Positions 38,935-52,766 of a stretch of DNA of 64,000 nucleotides are shown piece after piece. Position 1 is the first letter of the stretch, and each line of letters starts with the position of its first letter. The stretch comes from Octopus sinensis (taxonomy: Eukaryota): positions 124,001 to 188,000 of the forward strand of contig NW_021835690.1 in NCBI RefSeq assembly GCF_006345805.1, written 5' to 3'. The notes below the pieces were generated by a model that saw only the letters and a program-made list of their open reading frames with translations, did no database searches and was not told where the DNA came from. The position numbers and the translations under genes were made by a program.

Positions 38935-39245
38935 AATTGCAGCATGGAAGGTGTTTATAAGCCATTAAAGAAACACACAAAAACCGTTAGATTCACTTCA
39001 ACATTTAATTTAATTTGTCAAAATATTTTCGTCGCTTTGAGACCCCAAAATGCAGCACGGAACTTAGTGAAGAGGTTGTGGTCTCAAAGCGACGAAAATA
39101 TTTTGACAAATTAAACTTAAATGTTGAAGTGAATCTAACGGTTTTTTGTGTGTTTCTTAAATGGCTTATAAACACCTTCCACGCTGCAATTGTCTTCGTT
39201 CCAGCACACGATCTCAGATCATGTCACTTGCTATGCAAGTACATC
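38935..39245. repeat. Foldback PLE terminal repeat (family of 24140-24637), arms 38935-39044 and 39080-39191
   Basis: Inverted arms are directly visible; core remnant GTGAAGA near 39067. Confidence 0.88.
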
Positions 39246-39719
39246 TCCGTAATATATACAAATCATAAATTCGTTTTTTTTTTTTCCACTGTGAATATTG
39301 GTTTTATTGGATATACACAGATTTTTTTTCTTAAATACAGATATATATGTATATAATAAACATTTACGCATAAAGTAATATCAGCATACAAACACACACA
39401 CACACATATACTTTTTGTTAATGGTAACAGCAACAACAAACTTCCCGTTTCCAGCTCAGTTCTTGACGGCTAACATCGCTACAAATTGATTGTCACTTCC
39501 TAAACGAAGTTATTTCCTGTCTTTGCTTCTTAAGATTCAGTTATTTGCTGCTCCATTGGAGGAAAATCGAATTTTTTAAAATATATAATCTTTAATTAAA
39601 TAATATATTCAACAGAAAGCGTTTTCAAGGGAAGTAACTTTGTAATTCTATGCAAATGTTTTAAAATTTCTACTTCCAATCCAACGTTTCAGGCGCAATA
39701 CAGACCTTAAAAGCCATCA

Positions 39720-40100
39720 GATCTGGTCAGTTTCTTTTACCAAGTAGGGAACATAAACAGACCAACACTGATTATCAAATGGTGGAGGTACACACATATA
39801 CACATGCACACACACATATATATATATATATGTATGTATGTATGTATGTATACATACATACATACATACATACATACATACATACATACATACACACATA
39901 CACACATATATATATATATTATATGTATGTATTATGTTTACATCCCATAACTCAGTAGTTTGGCAAAAGAGACTAGTAGAATAAGTACTAAACTTACAAA
40001 GAATAAGTCCTGGGGTCAATTTATTTGACTAAAATACCCTTTAAGGGGGTGCTCCAGCATGGCCGCAATCAAATGACTGAAACAAGTAAAAGAATAAAAG
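39720..40100 (+). mobile_element. SINE family C, 3' part with internal microsatellite
   Basis: gaataagtcctgggg…gctccagcatggccgca…tgactgaaacaagtaaaag. Confidence 0.75.
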
Positions 40101-40218
40101 AAAAGAATTTGCACATAAAACATACCATTGGTTTATTTAAGTTATTTCCCTTTGTCTAATTTTGTATATTTTTGATCTTTAGTTATAATGTACAGATAGT
40201 AACACCTTTTATTTAGAG

Positions 40219-40550
40219 CAGTAGTTCTCAACAAGGGTCCCTTTGACCTCTGCGGGTCCGTATAAGATTGGGCGGCGGGGAAGGAGACACACAAGCAAAA
40301 TAGTAAGTTGGGGATCCACAGTAGTGTATTAAGGGTCCATGAACATCTTTTGCTTTAGATGTACTTATTAGAAGAGACAGGTTTCTTTCTCCGACATTTT
40401 ACAGAGTTCAACCTACAGAAATGAATGTCTGAAAAGCAAAGAAGTTTCTATAAAATTAGTTTTTAAACATCGAATGGCTTTGTGGCGTCGACCAGAATGA
40501 AATCGGAATGAAAGGGGGTCTATAGGTAAAAGAATTGTTGAGAACCACTG
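40219..40550. mobile_element. hAT (Charlie-like) MITE
   Basis: TIRs cagtagttctcaac and gttgagaaccactg; 8-bp TSD atttagag/ctttagag (7 of 8 match). Confidence 0.88.
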
Positions 40551-40554
40551 CTTT

Positions 40555-41050
40555 AGAGAGAGAAAGAAAGTACAAGAGAGAGAGAAAGAAAATACAAGAG
40601 AGAGAGAGAGACAGAAAAATGAAGTACAAGGAGAGAAAGAAATGAAGTACAAGAAAGAGAGAGACAGAGAAAAGGGAAGTACAAGAAGGTGAGGGAGAAA
40701 GGAAGTACAAGAAAGAGGGAGAGAGAAAGGAAGTACAATAGAGAGAGAGAAAGGAAGTACAAGAAAGAGGGAGAGAGAAAGGAAGTGCAATAGAGAGAGG
40801 GAAAGGAAGTACAATAGAGAGAGAGAAAGGAAGTACAAGAAAGAGAGACAGAGAAAAAGGAAGTACAAGAAGGTGAGGGAGAAAGGAAGTACAAGAAAGA
40901 GGGAGAGAGAAAGGAAGTGCAATAGAGAGAGAGAAAGGAAGTACAAGAAAGAGAGAGAGAGAGAGAAAGGAAGTACAAGAAAGAGAGAGAGAAAGGAAGT
41001 ACAAGAGAGAGAGAGAGAAAGGAAGTACAAGAGAGAGAGAGAGAGAGAAA
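40555..41050. repeat. Purine-rich minisatellite, unit about gaaaggaagtacaag(a/g)aagagaga
   Basis: Directly visible, with a higher-order duplication near 40671 and 40857. Confidence 0.9.
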
Positions 41051-41284
41051 AAGCCAGAAAAACAAAAACAGTTGATATTAAATGATCTTGAAATGTTAAG
41101 ATCAGTTTTAATTGCAATTGCTTAACGCCAATTAACATATTTGTTCATTAGTTTTCCTTGTTTGTTGATGACATCATGAACATGGACTCATGTTTCCTAC
41201 ACAATAAAAATTACCTGGATTTTATAAACGTTACTAATTTGTTATATCCTCTTATTTCTGGCTCTCTCTGTCAGCTATGACACC

Positions 41285-41558
41285 AGGTGTTCCAGTTGGT
41301 TCGATCAATGGAACAGCCGACTCATAGACACACACGTCCACCTTTAATGTAGATTCTCAAAGAGATTCAGCATGACACAGAAGGTGAAAAGGCTGGCCCC
41401 TTTGGAGTTAGAAGTACAACTCATTCTTGATAGTAGAGTTGACTGGAGCAACATGAAGTAAAGTGTCTTGCTCAAGGATACAACACACCACTGGGAATCA
41501 AACTGATGATCTTACAATTGTGAGCCGAATACTCTAAACCCTAAACCACACACCTTCA
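41285..41558 (-). mobile_element. SINE family B, CpG-decayed
   Basis: aagtgtcttgctcaagga central domain. Confidence 0.75.
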
Positions 41559-41593
41559 CATCATCCGGATTCATAAAGAAACTTTAAAGTCTA

Positions 41594-41925
41594 TAATAAT
41601 AATAATCATCATCATCATCGTTTAACGTCCGCTTTCCATGCTAGCAGGGGGTTGGACGGTTCAACTGGGGTCTGAGAAGTCAGGAGGCTGCACCAGGCCC
41701 AGTCTGATCTGGCAGTGTTTCTACAGCTGGATGCCCTTCCTAACGCCAACCACTCCGTGAGTGTAGTGGGTGCTTTTTATGTGCCACCGACACATGTGCC
41801 AGACGAGGCTGGCGAACGGCCACGCTCGGATGGTGTTTTTTTATGTGCCACCAACACAGGTGCCAGATGAGGCTGGCGAACGGCAATGCTCGGATGGTGT
41901 TTTTTTTTTTTTAGGTGCACCACAA
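41594..41925 (-). mobile_element. SINE-like family E with (GAT)n tail
   Basis: ggttggcgttaggaagggcatccagctgtagaaac and catgctagcatggaaagcggacgttaaacgatgatg motifs. Confidence 0.85.
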
Positions 41926-41954
41926 CTTGTCAGACAGTGCATATAAAATATATG

Positions 41955-42368
41955 CAGTAATGTACAAATGTCTGGAAAGCGAATAATGTATGAGTCAGAT
42001 ACATGCTTGTGTGTGTATGGAGGGGAAGAAATCAGGTGTAGTGTTGGCGAATCTCAGAAAGCATGGAAGTTTTGAAGGATGCAGTGCTCCGACAACTAAC
42101 AACTGATGCCGGCAGTTTGTTCCATGCTTCAGCAACTCTTAGCGTGTTTCCAAAAGTCATGGGAGCTGTGTTGTTTTCTGAGTTTGTAAACATGTCCACG
42201 GGTGTTAGACGGGTGGAGTTTGAAAAGGTGCTCAGAGTTATTGTTTTTAAGATGGTTGATAATTTTATGGGTGTCTGCCAAGTCAGCTGCCAGACGTCGG
42301 AGTTTCAATGTGTCCATGCCCAGGGAAGTAATATTGCCACAGTTTGACAAACTGAGCTCAGTGAAGCA
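41955..42368 (-). mobile_element. CR1/L2-clade LINE 3' end
   Basis: LKLRRLAADL…HKII…NTRGHVYKLRKQ…RVAEAWNKLPASVVSCRSTASFK. Confidence 0.85.
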
Positions 42369-43828
42369 TTTTTGCAAGGTCCACACACACACACACACAC
42401 ACACGCACAGCACAGCACATATATACATGCATAAGCAAATACACTTACAGCACTAATAATGTCATATATTAATTATTTATTGGCTAAGCAGCATACTTTA
42501 GCTGCTGGACAGGTACTGTAAGACAATACCTGGCTTGTACATACACTCTTGCTCTCCAGACACTCATGTTTTCTATTAAGCTTGACCAACAAACCATCTT
42601 TTTGCTAAAAACACCCAAAAGCTCATTTTATCATCCCTGGACTCAGCATAAGCCATTGAGTATGATCTCACTTAGATATATGCAAGAGGGGGTGCTGTAA
42701 AGTAAAGAAAATGCTCCTGAAAATTTAACATTTCCAACATTCTGCCAAAGATGGCCAACTCCTGCCCCAAAGGTGTATTTTTTATTCTTTTACTTTCTTT
42801 TACTCATTTCAGTCATGTGGCTGTGGCCATGCTGAAGCACAACCATTTAAATTTAAATTCCATCTTTAGTTGCTTCCACTTCTTGTGGTAAAGTACAGTA
42901 CCCTCTTTGTCCTATACTTTTCTCAGCTCAGTTAATTATCATAGCCCCTGAAACTTTATTTTTCCTACGACTCCACTCTTTTAACAAACAATGCTTTTTA
43001 CAGGCAATAAAATAGTTGCATTTCAAACAAGCTCAAGGAATATAAAAGCTGAAAAGCAAGAGTCTCTCTACAGATCAGACCTGAGATGTGCTTGATGCCA
43101 CCATAACAGACAAAGCATAGAATGGCCAGCTTGGATGTTGTCATGGAAAACCTTGTGGTGATAACACTTATCACCTTCCTTGCCTAGTTCTTTGGTGCCT
43201 TTGTCACATCCCAGGCATGATGGATGAATTGGAAGAATACGGGAGAAAAACAAACAAAAGAATAACAAAAAATAACAGCTATATAAAAAGAAAAATTAAA
43301 TAAATTACCAAAACCAAAACCAAATTTTATTAAATTTTTGATATTTTTTTTAAATACTTTAAAATTTTTTGTTCCATTTCAACTCAAATACAAATAATTG
43401 TTTTTAAAATCATTTAATTTTTTCTCCTCATTTCCTAAATTTGGCTACGATAAATTTTCCCTACTCAACTCCATTATTACATTTTACAGTATTTTCATAT
43501 CTTTTTGAACATTTTTTTTTTAATTATTCATAATTTTGGATAATAAATCTTGTCAAATTAAATAATTATTTTATTTTGATTATAAAGTCAAAATTTAGTT
43601 TAAATGAAAAATAATTTTTGATACTTTTGGGGCAATCAATGCATCTTATACACACTAAATCTTTAAAACAAATTATAAAATAGTTGTTATTTGATACAGT
43701 TTTGTTGGGGCTTTTTATTGTTTCTCCTTTGTCACATGGATTGAGACTTTTACAATAGAGATAATATAACAAACTAGCAGAGACACCTGATGTTGCTCAG
43801 GATTAAAATGGCATAGTTTGTATGCATA

Positions 43829-44555
43829 CGAGGGGCGTTCAATAAGTAATGCCCTTGACCCACTTCCCATAGCAGTAGAGCAACGAAACTTGGCACAGTT
43901 ATTAGTCTTTTTCTACATAGGAACCACCCAGAGTTATGCATTTCTCCCATCGTTTGATGCAGCTCTGGAGACGGTTTTTGTAGAAGACCCCAGCTTGGTC
44001 CTCCAACCACGACGTGACTTCAGAAATCAAGGCTGCATCATCTGGGAAACGCTTTCCTTTCAAAAACAACTTCATGGCTGGGAAGAGGTGAAAATCAGAG
44101 GGTGCAAGGTCAGGAGAGTATGGGGGGATGGGGGAGGAGTTCATAACCGCACACCTCATATATTACAGTTATGTTGAAACAGGTGATCCAGGAAAATGCA
44201 GCATTGATCACAAAGCATCTGTGGAGCTAATTCGACAAAGCAACTTTGTCATTCATCCTTTTAGAATATTCCAGGCCTCAACCAGTCATGGAAAATCAGT
44301 GGGAGTATGTGATTTTTCAACACACCAAAAAGTTCTCAGTGGTTATACTCTCCTTTGTGGCAGTCAGCACTGCATCTAACACGACCCGTCATCTGAAGTT
44401 TTGACACCTCTTTCAGGTTTGTTGTCCTGCATCACTCATAAAGTAAATTCGGAAGAACTGTGGTTGTTCATTTGTGGGTAACAGGGAACCAATGTGGTGA
44501 TAGACTTGCCCTTGAACTTTGGACAGCGGCGTAAATCTTTGTTCAACTACCTCCT
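43829..44555 (-). mobile_element. Mariner remnant with 3' TIR
   Basis: TA|cgaggggcgttcaataagtaatgccc; [15 protein letters not shown]…RWEKCITLGGSYVEK. Confidence 0.88.
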
Positions 44556-45371
44556 TAGATCATAGCTTCCCAAAGTGGGCAATTTCAACTTACAAGTGGG
44601 CGATGGGCAAATTTCTGGAAAATGGTGAGCGATTTGAGATTTTGGTGGGCAATATGAGCATTTTGTGGGTGACAAAGAATTTTTAGAAATCAAGTCTGCA
44701 ATTACTTATATCTAGGCATTCCTATAATAAGGATGTACTTTTATCCATTTGTCTACTCGCATGAGACATTCCTTTGTATTGAAAAAGCGACTTGTTTATC
44801 AATTGAATATTTTTGCCATGCAGGTCATTGAGATGGTTGTCATGTGTGCTAAAAATAGCAGCCAAATAGGCTCAATTTTTTGTGGGGAGCATAATCGTAT
44901 GAAGCCCCACGTGTAGAATACAAATTAGCAAAAATTTTCTGAAGACTCCAAAAAATAAAAAAGTTATGAGGGATTATGAGTCGTGCGTAATTCTATGGTT
45001 TGATATCAAAACACAAATGCTATTTTCATGATTTTGACAAAATGTGCAGTCATTCACAAAGTGACAGCTTTGAAATCATGTTTCTTGACTGGATGAAAAT
45101 GATCAAACTTTAAACCTCTAAAACTTTTTTTAAAACATTTTTCCAGTAAAAGCTGAATAACTCCAGCAATTTAGCTTGGAAAAGTACATTAATGTGCCAA
45201 ATTTTAGAATTTTCAATAAACTTTAATTTTTGAAATGCTGGCAGCCAAACTAGATCTGTATTTGCTCCAGATGTATCATCTGACTCTGCTCTATCGACTT
45301 CTCTTTGGGAACACCATACGGCCTTTCTGACGCCGTCTGTAGAAATTTGTTTCCAAATTTTCCCTTTACTC

Positions 45372-45790
45372 ATGCCTCCAGTCAAGAAAATTTGTCAACA
45401 GTACAGTAGTGATTATTTATCCATTTGGATTTATTCCCTCTCCTCAGAATGTGCTATCTTTGCCATCAAACATTGACCAACGAAGCAATGAAGCCTTCAC
45501 TCTTGAAGTATCACTTTGATGCAAAGCATTCTGACAAGAAAAACAAGCCGTTATCATACTTTTTGCAACTGAGTGCCTCTTTCAATAAGCAAACTCAAGC
45601 ATGCAACCTCAGGAAACTAGTAAACAGGTGAATGACGGGTTGATTGCATCATACAAGATTGCATGACTCATTGCTAAGTCTGAGAAGTCTCACACAATTG
45701 GAGAAACATTACTAAATTATTTCGCCTGGTTATCAAAGAGGTTTTGTCAACCATTATGCACAAAACACCCGATAACATTATGAAGATCCC
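45372..45790 (+). mobile_element. hAT Buster/Charlie transposase N-terminal remnant
   Basis: MPPVKKICQQYSSDY…FGFIP…CYLCHQTLTNEAMKPSLLKYHFDAKH…ASYKIA…KSHTIGETL, frameshifted. Confidence 0.85.
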
Positions 45791-46180
45791 ACTTATGAAG
45801 AAGATCCCAGAAAAACGGACGATGATCCGGTTCTTGACTGAAGATAAAAGGCTTCGAATGACCCGTCCGTGTTTTTTGTATCATCTATTTGGATGTTTTG
45901 CGTTCTTGTCCCATTTTGTATTTTTTATATATATATATAGCAGCGTATGTACACTTTGTTCTCTTATATATATATATATATATATATATTGGTAAAAACG
46001 GTAAGATAACAAAAGAAAGAAAGAGACCTTAATATTATGTAAGTAGAGGAAATTTATCTGTAAAATAATATGTGACAATTATTCAATAGCCAAGATAAAG
46101 ACAAAGACGGGTGTGTAAACAACAAACAGATGTATTAGTTTAATATATGTATGTAATACATATCTGATATATTTTTATAT

Positions 46181-46487
46181 CACGTGATCACGTGACCGAC
46201 TAGGCTATCAGATGTTGCTACACATCGCTGGTCACAATGCGCTTCGCATTGTTGTAGCTTTCAAATGACACCACCCCGCTGGCTAAGTGAGCAGGCCTAC
46301 AGAAGAATGAGTGAGAGAAAGTTGTGGCGAAAGAGTACAGCAGGGATCGCCACCACCCCCTGCCAGAGCCTCGTGGAGCTTTAGGTGTTTCCACTCAATA
46401 GACACTCACAATGCCCGGTCTGGGAATCGAAACCGCGATCCTACAACCGCAAGTCCGCTGCCCTAACCACTGGGCCATTGCGCCTCC
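46181..46487 (-). mobile_element. SINE family A, full
   Basis: Homologous to 8770-9076. Confidence 0.9.
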
Positions 46488-46490
46488 ACA

Positions 46491-46524
<34 letters not shown>

Positions 46525-46670
46525 AAATAGAAAGATGAATAATCTTGTTGCAGATTAATCAAAAGTTTAACCGATACCTTGGTAGCAAAAATCACAGCAG
46601 AAGACAGCACGGTTGGAGGTACAACCATATGGTGTTGCAACCGTGCGTTGGTGCGGATAATTGAATTTTA

Positions 46671-47133
<463 letters not shown>

Positions 47134-47169
47134 CCACACACATTTATATATTCAGTTAATTAAGAATAT

Positions 47170-47685
47170 TAAGAGCACCATCCGAGCCTGATCGTTGCTA
47201 GAGCAGCTAACTGGCTTCCATGCCGGTGGCACGTAAAAGGGCAAAATTCGAGTGTAATCGTTACCAGCGTCGCCTTACTAGCACTTGTGCCCGTGCTAGT
47301 AGGGTGCTAAGAGCACCATCCGAGTGTGATCATTGCCAGAGCATCCAACTAGCTTCCGTGCCAGTGGGACATAAAAGGCACCATTCAAGTGTGATCATTA
47401 CCAACGTTGCCTTACTGGCACCTGTGTCGGTGGCGTGTGTAAAAAGATTCGAGCAAGGTCGTTGCCAGTACTGCCTGACTGGCCCCCTGTGCCGGTGGCA
47501 CGTAAAAAGCACCCACTACACTCTCGGAGTGGTTGGCGTTAGGAAGGGCATCCAGCTGTAGAAACTCTGCCTGATCAAGATTGGAGCCTGGTGCAGCCAT
47601 CTGGTTCGCCAGCCCTTAGTCAAAATCGTCCAACCCATGCTAGTATGGAAAGCGGACGTTAAATGATGATGATGATGATGATGAT
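47170..47685 (+). mobile_element. SINE-like family E with tandem ~60-bp 5' subrepeats
   Basis: Conserved 3' domain and (GAT)n tail; several gcaccatccgag…gtgccggtggcacgtaaaa units. Confidence 0.85.
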
Positions 47686-49079
47686 TATCACATTTTTTCT
47701 GCTAATCCACTCTTTTTACAGGAATCTCGTTTTGCAACCAAAAAATGGCTGCTTTTGACACAAAACACAAAATGTATACAAGATGAAATAAAAATTGAAC
47801 TTTTAAAATGTTGAGACTTTAGTAAAAAGGTAACGAGAATTTATTGACAGAAAGTAATTTATATAAATACCTTGGATAAACCAAGACAAAGGAGGAAAAT
47901 GCCAATAAGGCTGCAGTAAATGAATTAAATGATGCCAGTCTGGAAGCAGTAGAGTAAATGAGACGACTAGTTTTGTATCAAAGGAGTCTGACCATTTTCA
48001 CATTCTTGAGAAACACCTGAAGAACACCACAGGTGTTGGGGGTGGAATTTAATTAATATTTTAAGGTTGGTTGGAGTGGGGAGTGGGAACAACTGTGCTG
48101 ATGCATTCCATATTTCTGTGGGGTGGGTATCATTATTCTAAAAGTCAGGGAAGGGTTTTATTTCATCTACTGGTTCAACGGGCATCAATGCATGCATAAT
48201 AATAATAATTGTTATTCTGATTGCTGAGTGAGGGATTGAATTTTAAAAAATGAAATTTTTGAAAAAAATGATCTTTCAGAAAGTTGGCTGTTATTTCAAG
48301 CATATCAAGCATCCATACACATAGAAATGAGCAATTGAATTTAAAAACATGTAGAATGTCGGTATGGGGGTGAGGTGGGTATGCTGAAAGCTAGGAAGCG
48401 GGGTAAAAATAATTGAAATTTTGAAAATAAATTTATTTTTCAGATCTCCAAGTTTTTCCTATGTGGAATTAAAAAAAAAATTGGAAAAAGGGAAAACAGA
48501 AATTTTGGGGGAAGGGGTCATGTTTGAAGTTTTGAATGGCTGAAAATTGTCATCAGGTTGAAAACACAGGATACCAAAGAAACATTGGGGAAAAAAATGA
48601 AATAAAAGTGGTTAGAGGGCACAATATGTCCCCCAATTTCTTCCACTTTTCAACTATCCCTAATTGCTGAGACAAACAAGCACTACTTTGCTTGGGTACC
48701 ACTGTTTATGTATAAGTGGATGAGAGGTTACATACATGTGTGTATACGCACTCACAGTTACATCTATATACATAGGTGTAACTACAGTTTAGTACCCCAG
48801 AGATCACCCTCAATTTTAACCATCTTTTGCCTCATAGCTTTTTTCATACAGTACCAAATTTAGTACAGTTTTCAGTATTGGTTTCCTGCCCTATTGATTG
48901 TTCAGAAAAGCTTAATTATACTAATTGTTTTTTCTAAAATAATAGATTTATGATGATTTAAATACGAATTTAAGCTAGTTTCCATTTCTGATTTGACCAC
49001 TTTTTGCCCTATAAACTTATGTAAGATTCTTCTCCTTTAGCTCTTTGAGGAAAGCTTTGAGGAAAATTATCCCTTAAAA

Positions 49080-49336
49080 CAGTGGTTCCCAAACTTTTTC
49101 AGGTTGCTGCCCCCTTGGTTCTAAGGCCACATTCCTGGTGCCCCCACCACTATCACAGACATAGACCATTTTCTGTAGCTAATTCAAAACAACAGTATTT
49201 CACAAATAAAACTTTATCTAGTTCACCCTTTATTTTGTTTTGTTTGGTTTTTTTTACATCCATTGCTCCATCTTCGTCATCCCATTATTCTTCAAAGCCC
49301 CCAGTGGGGCAGTACCACCAACTTTGGGAACCACTG
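49080..49336. mobile_element. hAT MITE with perfect 8-bp TSD
   Basis: TIRs cagtggttcccaaa and tttgggaaccactg; TSD ccttaaaa at 49072-49079 and 49337-49344. Confidence 0.92.
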
Positions 49337-49484
49337 CCTTAAAATAACAGATACAACAACTTAAAGACAATATCAGGTGTTACTACCTTTCCCTATTTGA
49401 CTACATTTTTCCTTGTAAGGTTTTGGGTTTTTTCTGCTTCACCATGATGTGGTTAACAGATCTTGGTTTCTCTCACTGAGCTCT

Positions 49485-49490
49485 TTTATT
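49485..49490 (-). terminator. Candidate NOX polyadenylation signal AATAAA
   Basis: TTTATT on the plus strand about 300 nt downstream of the stop. Motif only, no transcript evidence. Confidence 0.35.
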
Positions 49491-49790
49491 CAAGTGCAAT
49501 TAAAATAAATCAGAAATAAAGAAACTTTACTGCTTAGAAATTACATCTATATGTTATACACCCAGGTTTTGAACACAAATTTTATCATAACCTTTTTTTT
49601 AATGTGGCCAATTTTCTATTATAATATTTCAATGAATTTAACTGCATTCAGTTTGGTCCAGAACTGGATTAGCTAGAGGGGACAGAAGCTGTGGTGGAAA
49701 ATAAAGGTTGACCTTCACCAACTACTAAATGTGAATGAGATATATATACACATGCATGTGCGTGCACGCACAAACAACACAGATGACGAA

Positions 49791-49926
49791 TTAGAAACTT
49801 TCTTTGTTGAAAAAGAACTGAGTCCTCATGCCTTTGTCAGTTATGGAATCAGAGTGGGTGTTGCACATTTCACAGAGGGTTTTCGACAGTTGTGATGGAC
49901 CACAGTAAAATACACCGATACTTTTC
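49791..49926 (-). CDS. Nox2: NOX terminal coding exon ([13 protein letters not shown]…FFFNKESF*)
   Basis: Acceptor tttctcttttctcag|G; CGP motif; TAA stop at 49793-49791. Confidence 0.95.
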
Positions 49927-49986
49927 CTGAGAAAAGAGAAAAAAATATTTTTAGCTTCACCACATGTGTATTGGACACAAAGACAT

Positions 49987-50045
<59 letters not shown>

Positions 50046-52712
50046 TCATTATGGGCGTGACGTAAAATAGACAAAGTAAAGAGCTACATTTCACTCCAAT
50101 AGGTAGTAAGGCGGCGAGTTGGCAGAATTGTTAGCACGTCGGGTGAAATGCTTGGCGGTATTTCTGGGTTCAAATTCCGCCGAAGTCGACTTTGCCTTTC
50201 ATCCTTTCAGGGTCGATAAATAAAGTACCAGTTTCGCACTGGGGTCGATATAATTGACTTAATCCCTTTGTCTGTCCTTGTTTGTCCCCTCTATGTTTAG
50301 CCCCTTGTGGGCAATAAAGAAATATATAGGTAGTAAGTACATTATATAATGAACAACCGTATTGTTTTGGTATATTTCAGCACTCAACACTCTCATATGA
50401 GTAAACTCAAGCAACATTGAAATAATAGAGTTACCTGTACTACAAGAAGTGTTCATTAAAGGTTTCCCCTGACCTACTTCCCAAAGAGTGGGATAAACGA
50501 AACTTGGCATAATTATTAGTCCTTCTCTACATGGCCACCACCTATGGTAGCACATTTCTCCAATCACTTTATGCAGCTGTGAAGACCTCGTCTTTAGAAG
50601 TCGGTAGGTTGCATCTGGAGCCAAGACTTTACCTCAGAAATAAGTTCATCATCATCCAAAAAGTGTTTCTCCTTCAAAGAGGCAGAAGTCAGACAGTGCA
50701 AGATCAGGAGAGTAAGGGGGATGAGGAAGGATTTCATAGCTGCAGGAGTGTGCTTTCATCTGGGCAACATGCACATTTTGAACTGGGGCAGTGTCATGGA
50801 GCAGGCAAACTTCTTTGGTCAGCATGCCATGCCCCTCTGTTTTGATGGTGTCCCGCAATTTCTGCAGCAGAGAAGCATAATATGCCCTGTCAATTGTGGT
50901 ACCCTTTGCCAGAAAATCCATCATCACTACTCCATGCTGGTCCCAAAAGACTGTGAGCATCACCTTGCTTGCTGAGGGTTGGACATGAACCTTCTTTGGA
51001 GGTGATGAGTTATCATGCTTCCATTGCTTCAACTGGACCTTAGTCTCAGTACCATATGATGGATCCACGTTTCATCCTGTGTGATAAGTCTGCTGAAAAA
51101 GTCCTCGTTTTCTTGGCACATTGCCAAAAGAGCCTGGGAGCAATTGACTTGCTCTTGCTTCTGAAAAAGTGTGAGCATCCTGGGAATCCATCATACAAAC
51201 AACGTCTGCATGTGCAAATGGTTGAGAATGATTTTTTTCCAAGGACCCTACACTTATCTTCACTTCTTGGGATAGTTGCCAAATAGTTATGCGGTGATCC
51301 TCCAAACTGGCAGCTTCCATTTTATGGATAATGTCTTCATCAATGGTGGAATGTGGTCATCCAGGAATAGGAGCAGTTTCCACTGGTATCCAACCACACT
51401 TGAACTGGTGATGCTTGACTATGTCGTATGATGCTGCATCATCATCATCACCATAAACTTCTTTCTTCTCATCGAAAGTCTCTTTTAGTGTACGACCTTT
51501 CAAGTATAAGAACTTGATCACTGATCTGCATTCACCTGCCTCCATTATAACACCTTAGTCCACCTCAGCTGTAAAAGACAAGCGAATACTCGTAAAAAGC
51601 TGCAATTTACAATGTGACATGTAGAAACATGTACGATTTACACCTGTACAAGTTGCATTACCTGCAATAACCAGAAGTAGGTCAGGGAAAATGTTTAATG
51701 AACACCCCTTGCGTAGACAGTTCTGATTTCGATGTTTTACCTGCACACTAACTTCATTAACAACAACAACAACAAAAACAAATCAAATATGATTATTCAT
51801 CAGGTAAACCCTTTCAAGCTAAAACCAGTTATTTGAATGGATATTTTCACATCCATTATTTTTATGCTTGTGATTCTGAGACGGTTTATTTTGGTGAAAC
51901 AATTGTTTTAACAACTAGATGCCACTATTAATGTGACATACGGCTTCAACATATTTTTGGTTTTGTTAGGAAAATTACAGAAAACTTTTCTTCGTTAGGG
52001 AACAATATTAATTAGCAAATGCTTCATTTGCAGTAAATCACTTCTTTTTTTTTTTTTTTTGTATTTGAGGGAACGTGTCAAAGAAAAGTCAGGTAATATA
52101 AACAATTTGGATTCTGAACTAATTAAATTTGAAGTTATTTTTTGTGACTTACCCTAAATGAGCGTCTTTTATCTCTTTGAAGATATTTGACCATCTTGGT
52201 CTCCCAAAGTGGGTTTTTTCTCGAAGTCTTGTTATTGGATCAATATTATCACCAAAATGTAATGCTATGTTTCCAATCTAAACAAAATAAATGATTTATA
52301 CCGACATTCAAAATTCAATTTTATGTATATTCAATTTCATTCTACACCACAAAACTTTTTACCGTCATCCAACCTAATCAACTACCGAAATTAGGTGCTA
52401 GTTTTAGTTCAAAGTTCATGTTTATTTATCTGATCATTTTAGTTTTTTAGTCTGGTACCATAAAAGCTACTGAAGCTTAAACTATTTGAATATTTCATTA
52501 ATGGTTACTAAACAAAATAATGTATCTTTTGTTTTTGAAATTTTTCCTTCCCTTGCAAGTTATTTGAACATTGAATACATTGGCAGCTCTAGTCAACATG
52601 TTAACTGCTTAGCAAGCTACAAGTTCTTTGTAAGATGATATAAATAATATGAAAAACTACATGCAATAGAAAAACATTCACAGGAAATAATTATTTTCAG
52701 ATACTGATGATG

Positions 52713-52766
<54 letters not shown>

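Noticed and set aside
41100-41205. Minus-strand acceptor followed by an in-frame TGA (selenocysteine idea) or a short terminal exon
   Set aside because: No homology, no SECIS seen and no upstream exon identified.
43070-43290. Possible R4/Dong-type LINE endonuclease tail, plus YKYLG at about 47865
   Set aside because: Similarity needs several frameshifts and is too weak to call by eye.
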